Assembly (NCBI GenBank): GCA_008080745.1
Contig: SHMX01000001.1
Location: forward strand, 308,617 to 372,616
Length of the DNA stretch: 64,000 nt
From: Candidatus Thorarchaeota archaeon
GTDB lineage: Archaea > Asgardarchaeota > Thorarchaeia > Thorarchaeales > Thorarchaeaceae
Direction of reading: 5' to 3'
The notes below the pieces were generated by a model. That model saw only the letters and a list, made by a program, of their open reading frames with translations. It had not been told where the DNA came from and ran no database searches. How positions within the stretch are numbered: the first letter of the stretch is position 1; each line of letters starts with the position of its first letter. Made by a program: the position numbers and the translations under genes. This document shows positions 57,144 through 64,000 of this stretch, piece by piece.

Positions 57144-58118
57144 TCATATGGGTGGGCGATGCTCCTTCTTGTACTCCTCGGTTGCATTGCACCAGTTCCA
57201 GAAATCATCACTAGGAGGATAATTTTCGTATAGATCTTTGCGTTCTGATTCAAGGCATCGATTCTCCTTCCCAAGGAACTCAGCCATTGTAAAGACCTTG
57301 TGTCCAACATCCTCACTCGCACTTCGAATAGGATCTAGCCAAGCTCTCCAATTCTGATCTCGAACCAAATGATGGTCAATAATTAGAAAAGGAATGCCTT
57401 TTACAAGTGTAGAGAGAGATTTCTTTGCGAGTCTTCTATGTACCTCCCCGAACTTTGAGATGTAGGTTGGTGGTCCACCAATAATCAGCACCGAGGGTGA
57501 AAGCGAGAGCAAATATTGAAGAGTGGTATCTGAACAAGGACCTTGAACATCAGGAGCAAAAAACACACTAGTATTCTCATAGCGAATATGTGTTGCAATA
57601 ACAAACCCGAGAGGTGTGTTATCAGGTCCATGAGGGAGTGCTTCTGAAAATTCAATTATTGTGTTTTGGTGTTCAATCCTCTTACCATCAACCCATTTTA
57701 TCTCTTTAGCAATACCATCCAAATCCTTCTGGAAGTAATAGGCGCGTCTACGTTGAGAGGAGTTGATATGGTCACGATTGTCCTTGGCAAATATCACTTT
57801 GCCCTCCAGCATTCTCTGAAGTTCCTCACGGGAACTGAAAATGTAGCGAAAGTCAGTGAACCCTGGGCGAATGTGATCATAATGATAATGGGATAATGAT
57901 ATGAAATCTGCACGTCTTGCTTCAACGAAAATTTGCTGCAGCTTGGACTCAAGAGCATGGTATTCTTTCGGATGTGGTTCAAGGCGATATCTCATGGACA
58001 GTGCAGCAGAGGGATCTAATAGTAAAGTGAGGTCAGGAGTGGCAATCCGTGTGCAGAGGGATCGTACACCCATACTCTCAGCGGCAATAGGTACAATCTC
58101 GATTCCGTTTATTTTCAA
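57144..58118 (-). CDS. MBL-fold metallohydrolase-like protein (UPF0282-like)
   Basis: SHYHYDH (HxHxDH variant), with later His and Asp ligands. Confidence 0.55.
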   Translation of the reverse strand: MKINGIEIVPIAAESMGVRSLCTRIATPDLTLLLDPSAALSMRYRLEPHPKEYHALESKLQQIFVEARRADFISLSHYHYDHIRPGFTDFRYIFSSREELQRMLEGKVIFAKDNRDHINSSQRRRAYYFQKDLDGIAKEIKWVDGKRIEHQNTIIEFSEALPHGPDNTPLGFVIATHIRYENTSVFFAPDVQGPCSDTTLQYLLSLSPSVLIIGGPPTYISKFGEVHRRLAKKSLSTLVKGIPFLIIDHHLVRDQNWRAWLDPIRSASEDVGHKVFTMAEFLGKENRCLESERKDLYENYPPSDDFWNWCNATEEYKKEHRPPI

Positions 58119-58609
58119 GTGCCTGCCTCTCTATAATAGTTCAGAAGATACCTTGACCCGTCGTATACTAGCTCTGCTTCGAACAAGTTAGATTCCTGAG
58201 ATGCGCTCTTGAATGATTCAAACATCCTAACATCAGAGGGTAGAAAGGTGTCCTTCAGTGAGGATATCTCAGATTCGTCAAAAAGCCTTAGTTCTCCCTC
58301 TCTATGAGATGCCTTGAAATCGAATAAACGAGCAAATCCGACGAAAATCAAGAAGTGTGCTAGTAAAGAACCATCGGGCTTGATAAGACGTTCAGAAACC
58401 ACACCACGATACTCATAATCATGCACATGGGTTGTACCTGTTTCTTCCATGACCTCACGTATGGATGCTGGGGCTATATGCTCCCCTAAATCCACCTTCC
58501 CGCCGACAAGACTCCAGAGATTCTCGTATGGTGCCTTTCGACGTTTTAGAAAGAGGAATTGATTATTGTGTTTAAGAATTGTAATTGCTATGGATATCAT
58601 ATCTGGCAT
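58115..58609 (-). CDS. NUDIX hydrolase
   Basis: Nudix box GGKVDLGEHIAPASIREVMEETG. Confidence 0.8.
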   Translation of the reverse strand: MPDMISIAITILKHNNQFLFLKRRKAPYENLWSLVGGKVDLGEHIAPASIREVMEETGTTHVHDYEYRGVVSERLIKPDGSLLAHFLIFVGFARLFDFKASHREGELRLFDESEISSLKDTFLPSDVRMFESFKSASQESNLFEAELVYDGSRYLLNYYREAGT

Positions 58610-58728
58610 CAGGATTTAACCCCTAGGAAATCCATATCTAGATACGAAAAACCACGCTTTAAACCTGAGGAATGTCATTTTGAGAAGATTCTTAGCAGTG
58701 ATTACTCCAGACTAAGTAGGGTTATTCA

Positions 58729-60192
58729 GTGAAGGAGTTATTGCCGGAAGGAATCAGAATACAGGTACTGGAGAAAATCACACCTACTGCAGAAGAAATC
58801 AGAAGGCAAAAAGAAACCATTCAGCTCATTAAGACTGCACTGAGTGAACTTGCAGATGAAAAGGGATACAGATACTCATTTATCGAGGCTGAAGGTTCAA
58901 CGGGACAAAAACAGACACAAATCCGGGGCGCTGCCGATCTGGATATTTTTATTGGACTTCGACAAGAAGATTACAGGGATATTATCAAGAGAGCAGATGA
59001 TGAACGGGATAAAAGGCTAAGTAGAGAAATAGAGAACCTGGTTGAGGATTGGTTTCGTCCCGCTGCGAACTCGCTTGATGCCAAAAAAGTACAGAAAACC
59101 TATGCCCAGCATCCCTACCTCTCTTTTATCCTTGATAACATGGAAGTTGATTTGGTGGCATGTTTCGCAATTACCGCAGAAGAACTTGCCAAGAATGGAC
59201 CAATTACCGCTGTTGACCGAACATATCATCATACTAAATATATCCTGAATCATATTGATGAAGTAATCAGAGAGAATATCAGAATGCTAAAAGCATTTAC
59301 AAAAGCAAGCCAAGCCTATGGAGATACTTGCGCCGTGGGGAGGATGGGTTTTACAGGGTATGTACTTGAAAATATATGTGTCATAAGTGGAACTTTTTCC
59401 AACGCATTACAAATTATTTGTAATCTTGCAGATGAGCCTATAGACCCGCTTGAGAGAGGTCTTGAAGAATTAAAGAAAATTCCACGATTTAGAGATGATC
59501 GGTATTTCGTTATAGACCCAACTGATACGAGCCGTAATGCAGCTTCAAGCCTATCATCCCGCACCTACAAATGGATGGTCATATCATCCAAAAATCTGTT
59601 AGATAATATTCGAAATAAAAAACAGGATACCATTGTAGAGAAAATAACGGAGATGGGCATCCCAATTTCCCCTTTGCCAGACTGGTTGGGTCCACATATA
59701 TTCATCTTTGAACTCGAATCAATAGAGAAGAAACACTATACAATTGTACGTGACAAACTCTATAGTATTGCTGAACTTATGGAACGATGGGTAGCTAAAG
59801 AAAGGACCGGAGAGGAACGATTTGGAAAAGTTCTGGCAGAAGTACACTTCAAAAGGAATAGGTATGCCATTGGATGTGTTGTGGAAAAACCACATATCAA
59901 TGAAACATTTGAACGAAGAGGACCGCCCACTAGAATAGAGAGTGCCTGTGAAAGTTTCAAAAGAGCAAATCCAAAGGCGTATGAGAGAGAAGGATATCTG
60001 TGGGTCAGTCAGCAGAGAAAATATACAGATGCGAAAACTTTCGCGGAGAGAATCCTACAAAAGAAAGTTAGTGATGAATTGAAGATCTCTGATGAACATA
60101 CGCGTTTATCAGCTGAACTTAAGACAGTGCTCTATAGGTATGTCATGCCAGCAGAAGATGTAACACTGGAACCAAAGAAGAGATTGGATTGA
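58729..60192 (+). CDS. Class I (archaeal-type) CCA-adding-enzyme-like nucleotidyltransferase
   Basis: Pol-beta NTase motif EGSTGQKQTQIRGAADLDIF (GS ... D.D). The downstream YAQHPY ... VDLVACF resembles the archaeal CCA YAEHPY ... VDVVPCY region. Confidence 0.5.
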   Translation: MKELLPEGIRIQVLEKITPTAEEIRRQKETIQLIKTALSELADEKGYRYSFIEAEGSTGQKQTQIRGAADLDIFIGLRQEDYRDIIKRADDERDKRLSREIENLVEDWFRPAANSLDAKKVQKTYAQHPYLSFILDNMEVDLVACFAITAEELAKNGPITAVDRTYHHTKYILNHIDEVIRENIRMLKAFTKASQAYGDTCAVGRMGFTGYVLENICVISGTFSNALQIICNLADEPIDPLERGLEELKKIPRFRDDRYFVIDPTDTSRNAASSLSSRTYKWMVISSKNLLDNIRNKKQDTIVEKITEMGIPISPLPDWLGPHIFIFELESIEKKHYTIVRDKLYSIAELMERWVAKERTGEERFGKVLAEVHFKRNRYAIGCVVEKPHINETFERRGPPTRIESACESFKRANPKAYEREGYLWVSQQRKYTDAKTFAERILQKKVSDELKISDEHTRLSAELKTVLYRYVMPAEDVTLEPKKRLD

Positions 60193-60207
60193 AAGGAAGT
60201 AACAATC

Positions 60208-61278
60208 TTGACGTACAAAAATATCGCATTCATATCCCAAAAGAGACCCAACCAACATGTAGCACCTTTTCCGAGACCTCACCTTGAAGCCTTTGAATCC
60301 CCATTAAGAACTCAAATGGTTATGTACCATCTCAAAAGGATAGGGCTTTTGGATAAAATGAATCAAGTAGATGCACCTAAAGCAAACAGAACAGATGTAT
60401 TGCTGGCACATTCCCCCTATTTGTTGGACACAGTTGAACTCTATGGAGATTTTGGAAGTGGGCATCTTGGAGAGTCAGCTTTTGCAAGTGCTGAAGTGTT
60501 TCGGGCGGGATTATATGCTGTAGGAGGTGCAATGCGAGCCTGTAAGATGGTCTTGGAGAAGAGGGCAGAACATGCATATTCTCTTCTCCGTCCGCCAGGA
60601 CACCATGCCTCCACATCAACACCCACAGGTCTCTGTTTCTTCAACAACGTGGCCGTTGCAGTTCGATCGGCTATTGAAGCTGGGGTTGATAGGGTCTCAA
60701 TAATTGATTTTGATGATCACTTTGGAAATGGAACCGCAGAGATTTTCTATTCAGATCCAAAAGTGCAATACATCTCTATTCATGAATATGATTATGAAAA
60801 TCATGGAACCGGACATTTTTCTGAAATCGGTTATGCTGAAGGATTGGGGACCAACATCAATATTCCACTCCTAGATATGTCACCCGATATCTCCTATGAC
60901 GCAGCATTTGAGAGGGTTATTATCCCAGCTATTGAACAGTTCAAACCAAAGATAATTGCGGTCTCAGCAGGATATGATCCACACTGGGCAGATCCAGTCG
61001 GCAATATGGATATAGACTCCCGAACATTTTGGAAGATTGGAAAGATCATACGTGATTTGACTCAATCTATAGATGCCGTAGGTTCCTTCTGGGTATTAGA
61101 GGGAGGGTATAATCCTCTAGGCCTTGGACCTTGTGTTGAGGCAAGTCTTCGGGGTATTTCTGGAGATAAATGTCCAGATTTGCCGGACCAAATCGAAAGA
61201 GAGGTCCATGCGATGTTGGTGAGCCAGAATCAGAAAATTTTGGATAATGTTTACGAGATGTCAAGTCCACACTGGTAG
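60208..61278 (+). CDS. Histone deacetylase / acetoin-utilisation (AcuC) family protein
   Basis: Catalytic PPGHHAS, the zinc-site region IDFDDHFGNG (a variant of DxDxHHGDG) and C-terminal EGGY. Confidence 0.8.
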   Translation: MTYKNIAFISQKRPNQHVAPFPRPHLEAFESPLRTQMVMYHLKRIGLLDKMNQVDAPKANRTDVLLAHSPYLLDTVELYGDFGSGHLGESAFASAEVFRAGLYAVGGAMRACKMVLEKRAEHAYSLLRPPGHHASTSTPTGLCFFNNVAVAVRSAIEAGVDRVSIIDFDDHFGNGTAEIFYSDPKVQYISIHEYDYENHGTGHFSEIGYAEGLGTNINIPLLDMSPDISYDAAFERVIIPAIEQFKPKIIAVSAGYDPHWADPVGNMDIDSRTFWKIGKIIRDLTQSIDAVGSFWVLEGGYNPLGLGPCVEASLRGISGDKCPDLPDQIEREVHAMLVSQNQKILDNVYEMSSPHW

Positions 61279-61349
61279 CGTTCAGTTTTTCACTCGTGCT
61301 ATAAACAAGATTAAAAGGTCCCCCAAGAAGCTCCACCCAACCCTACTAG

Positions 61350-61637
61350 ATGGTGAATAATTTGGGTAAAAAGAGAAAATCTGGTGGAAGAAGCAAAGGT
61401 AAATCCGGCAAAACCGGTAGCGTACAATGTTCAAAATGCGGTAGAATGGTACCCGCAGATAAAGCGAAAAAATATACCAAGCGAGTGTCTGTAGTAGATC
61501 CTCAACTTGCAAGAGAGCTAAGAGCTCAAGGAAGCTACATTCATACTCGTAAAATGACTCAGTACTATTGTATAAGCTGTGCTGTCCATTCTGGAAAGGT
61601 CCAGATTCGAGAAGCATCCAAGAGACGACGAAGATAG
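61350..61637 (+). CDS. rps26e: Ribosomal protein eS26
   Basis: Zinc ribbon CSKCGRMVPADKA ... YYCISCAVHS matches eS26 (CTNCARCVPKDKA ... YCVSCAIHS). Confidence 0.85.
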   Translation: MVNNLGKKRKSGGRSKGKSGKTGSVQCSKCGRMVPADKAKKYTKRVSVVDPQLARELRAQGSYIHTRKMTQYYCISCAVHSGKVQIREASKRRRR

Positions 61638-61712
61638 TTTGTGTTAAACCACAAGATGTTCGAACAACACACATTTGAACAGCAAAAGTACAACATTTAG
61701 CTGGTACTCCAA

Positions 61713-62300
61713 ATGTCACCATCACGAAAACTAAGATTCATTCAACTCCTTCCTAATTCTACCACCAAAGGAAACTTCATCTTGAAAGATTTGCCAGGCT
61801 CGGGGAAAAGAATAGATTTATTGTGTAGAGTGCTCTCAGCATGTTTCGACTGGGCGCCTGTCACCTGGAAACGTTCACACCTTGAGGTTATAGCTGTCAT
61901 TCAAAATATGATGAGCCTTATATTCAAAGATCCGGGAGATCAAATGCCTTTGGGAGAGGTGGCCTGGGCAAAATTGATTCAGGATGTATTGGAGGGAAAA
62001 AGGGTCCCCTTTATCACAAGATGGAATCAGGGATTAGAATATGTGATTGATACAGTTCAAGCTCAAGAAGGGAAAATATGGTTTCTCCATGAGGAGGGTA
62101 AACCACTTAAAGAAATTGATACTCTGAACGTGAGTGCGCAGAACAGTTTTATGCTAGGAGACCACATTGGATTCGATAGTAAAGCAAGTAGGTTAATCGA
62201 AAAAGCTGGAATTCAGCCAGTATCTCTTGGAAAAACAAGCTACCTGAGTAGTCATTGTACTGCGGCGGTTATATCGGAATTCGAAAGGAGGATAAATTAA
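61713..62300 (+). CDS. trmY: tRNA (pseudouridine54-N1)-methyltransferase TrmY (SPOUT)
   Basis: LKDLPGSGKRIDLLCRVLSACF and GDHIGFD match the M. jannaschii TrmY motifs DLPGSCGRLDLLCR and GDHIG. Confidence 0.7.
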   Translation: MSPSRKLRFIQLLPNSTTKGNFILKDLPGSGKRIDLLCRVLSACFDWAPVTWKRSHLEVIAVIQNMMSLIFKDPGDQMPLGEVAWAKLIQDVLEGKRVPFITRWNQGLEYVIDTVQAQEGKIWFLHEEGKPLKEIDTLNVSAQNSFMLGDHIGFDSKASRLIEKAGIQPVSLGKTSYLSSHCTAAVISEFERRIN

Positions 62301-62647
62301 TGACTTCAGATATAGAAGAATTACCTAAAGCCATGCATCGTCTTGTGAAAAAGCTTACAAAAGAGATGCTCTGGATCTATATTCTCCGATTACTACAAGA
62401 AAGGCCACATTATGGATATGAGATCAAAGAACTCGTTACTAAGCGATTTGGATTCTCACCAGCAACCGTCAGTGGCTATGCAATAATATATCGATTGGTA
62501 AAAGATGGGCTAATACAGGAACAGAAAGGAAGCGAGTCTACAAGAAAATATTATGAGATTACAGAAGAGGGTAGCCAAGCTATGAGGGAAGCAAAACGAT
62601 TTCTCTCAAAAACTATGGAAACCGTGTTTGATCTTACTGAAATCTAA
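62255..62647 (+). CDS. PadR-family transcriptional regulator
   Basis: LWIYILRLLQERPHYGYEIKELVTKRFGFSPATVSGYAIIYRLVKDGLI. Confidence 0.75.
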   Translation: MYCGGYIGIRKEDKLMTSDIEELPKAMHRLVKKLTKEMLWIYILRLLQERPHYGYEIKELVTKRFGFSPATVSGYAIIYRLVKDGLIQEQKGSESTRKYYEITEEGSQAMREAKRFLSKTMETVFDLTEI

Positions 62648-63642
62648 AGTATCTTGACCTGATCCTGTAGCATATCGACACGTCTTTGAATCTCGGATTG
62701 CTTAATTGCTAGTGGAAATGACTCTTCCTTTTCAAGAATAATACTTGTCACACTCGTAGCAAAAAGACCACAAGACAGCAAATTATCAGTTTCTAAAAGA
62801 TGAGTGGAAAAAGACCCAAGAAAAACATCCCCAGCACACAAACTACAAACCACCTCAGTGGAGAAAGCTGGAATTTCCAGAAACTCATTGCCATCGTATA
62901 TTATGCACCCATCAGAACCCAGTGTTATAAGACTAATTTCTGCTCCCCATTCAACAAGGGTTTCAGCAGCAACAAAAGGGTCTTTTTCTCCAGTGAAAAG
63001 ACTTGCCTCAACAGTATTTGCCTTGACTAAATCAGTTGAATTCAAGAGGCGACGAGCGTCAGAAGGCTCCCATGTGACATCGCTATACCCCCGATGAGAG
63101 TGTTTTCTCAGAAAACCCTGAAGGTCGAGTAGAACAAAGGCATCTGTTGATGAGGATATCCACTCAGTAAGGTCTACATCAACTTCTTGTAGAACAGGAC
63201 TAAGAACCATCGTTTTAGTGAGGAGAAACTCCTCCGGAATATCCCGAATACGTATACGACCACGATTGCCAACAATTTTGCCTTCGCAATGTCCTTCTTT
63301 TATGATATCTTGTTTTTTTATTTCAGTTTCAGGGTCTAGAAAAAAGTACTCGATTTGTGTATTCTCAATTAGAGAGAAGATATCATTTCGTTCAGATTCC
63401 TCCACAGAGCTAATCATAACTAATCGAGATATCCCAAGTGTATCTGCGGTAAGACAGACGGTGAGACTTCCCCCAGCTAACTCACTTTTCTTGATATCCG
63501 TTTGTGTATTGGAAATCTGGTTGTATAAGGGATTGCCAATTGACACTATATCATACAGAGGGAGATTCATCTTGTTTTTCCGCCCCAATGATTCGATTAG
63601 CATAAGCCAATCTTTGTCCAACCGTGATATGTGAAAGAACAC
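62644..63642 (-). CDS. PfkB-family carbohydrate/nucleoside kinase
   Basis: Ribokinase-like fold with ITLGSDGC and the anion-hole motif SLCAGDVFLGSF. The likely start is the internal MNLPLYD. Confidence 0.7.
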   Translation of the reverse strand: MFFHISRLDKDWLMLIESLGRKNKMNLPLYDIVSIGNPLYNQISNTQTDIKKSELAGGSLTVCLTADTLGISRLVMISSVEESERNDIFSLIENTQIEYFFLDPETEIKKQDIIKEGHCEGKIVGNRGRIRIRDIPEEFLLTKTMVLSPVLQEVDVDLTEWISSSTDAFVLLDLQGFLRKHSHRGYSDVTWEPSDARRLLNSTDLVKANTVEASLFTGEKDPFVAAETLVEWGAEISLITLGSDGCIIYDGNEFLEIPAFSTEVVCSLCAGDVFLGSFSTHLLETDNLLSCGLFATSVTSIILEKEESFPLAIKQSEIQRRVDMLQDQVKIL

Positions 63643-64000
63643 CTACTATCATGATGAAGAAGGTGAGAATATTGGTAATCTGTAGTGTGACAAAGAAATC
63701 GCGAATGACCAAAGGTAAGAATCCAAGAAAGTCCATCCAGATATTGTTTGCAGGTAATGCTAGTAGAAGGATGCCAGCAATTGTAAGAATGAGTTTTTCC
63801 TGTCTCTCAGCAATGCCAACGGCACAATTGTCCATTCCACCAACAGACTCAGCCTTAGCTCTTGAAAAACTAGCCATAATCATTCCAAACAAGGTAAAGA
63901 ATCCCCAGAACCAATGAACGAACTTATCGCCCAGAGTAAAAGGCCACCAAGGGATAGAAACCGCACCAATTGGGCCCAGCATTAGACCGAGCATAAATAA
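63551..64000 (-). CDS. Polytopic membrane protein, partial; the N-terminus lies beyond the window edge
   Basis: The ORF is open to the right edge. Four to five TM helices are visible and the family is undetermined. Confidence 0.45.
   Translation of the reverse strand, partial: LFMLGLMLGPIGAVSIPWWPFTLGDKFVHWFWGFFTLFGMIMASFSRAKAESVGGMDNCAVGIAERQEKLILTIAGILLLALPANNIWMDFLGFLPLVIRDFFVTLQITNILTFFIMIVGVLSHITVGQRLAYANRIIGAEKQDESPSV

Noticed and set aside
1-64000. CRISPR arrays, transposases, integrases, phage genes
   Set aside because: I scanned for direct-repeat/spacer periodicity and for DDE, tyrosine or serine recombinase signatures and saw none. This window looks like core chromosome with accessory signalling genes, not a mobile island.
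63551-64000. CDP-alcohol phosphatidyltransferase assignment for the partial membrane protein
   Set aside because: Only a loose resemblance (MDNCAVGIAER) to the D-G-x2-A-R motif. The spacing does not fit, so it is left as a generic membrane protein.

Overview
This 64 kb window looks like archaeal chromosomal DNA, most consistent with an Asgard (Lokiarchaeota-like) genome. Gene density is high, GC content is moderate to low, and I saw no transposases, integrases or CRISPR arrays.

Housekeeping genes I recognise:
- Archaeal-type IleRS (HVGH and KMSKS motifs).
- aEF-2, whose diphthamide loop lacks the canonical HRGGGQ.
- RtcB, ribosomal protein eS26, TrmY, a class I CCA-adding-like nucleotidyltransferase, thymidylate kinase and myo-inositol-1-phosphate synthase.
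- A Hef/XPF-type ERCC4 nuclease and M20 and M42 peptidases.
- An intron-containing tRNA-Gln(CUG).
- A coenzyme A biosynthesis cluster: panE, archaeal phosphopantothenate synthetase, pantoate kinase and coaBC, with one unassigned gene embedded.

Accessory, eukaryote-like signalling content is unusually rich:
- Four small GTPases: an MglA-like one with TVAGQ in switch II; a Rab/Ras-like one; a Ras-like domain fused to an N-terminal Roadblock/longin-like domain with a repetitive acidic tail; and an atypical one with GTPGL in place of DxxGQ.
- Two stand-alone Roadblock/LC7 (MglB-like) proteins, TPR proteins, a longin-like plus winged-helix protein, and a PCI-like protein.

The most actionable single observation concerns selenophosphate synthetase SelD. 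In the ORF track it is truncated at an internal GTG. It actually continues upstream through an in-frame TGA that sits exactly at the catalytic Cys/Sec position, so it is a selenoprotein. A GC-rich hairpin lies in its 3' UTR.

The cluster that looks most like a previously undescribed module sits on the minus strand. It runs atypical GTPase, TPR protein, 1273-aa signal-peptide/TM-anchored surface protein, then a Roadblock protein, which pairs an MglA/MglB-style switch with a giant envelope protein.

Also present:
- A roughly 270-nt GC-rich non-coding island, which may be a structured RNA.
- A DUF4430-like secreted protein next to an ECF S-component-like protein, possibly a vitamin uptake pair.
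- Several strong palindromes and terminator-like hairpins.
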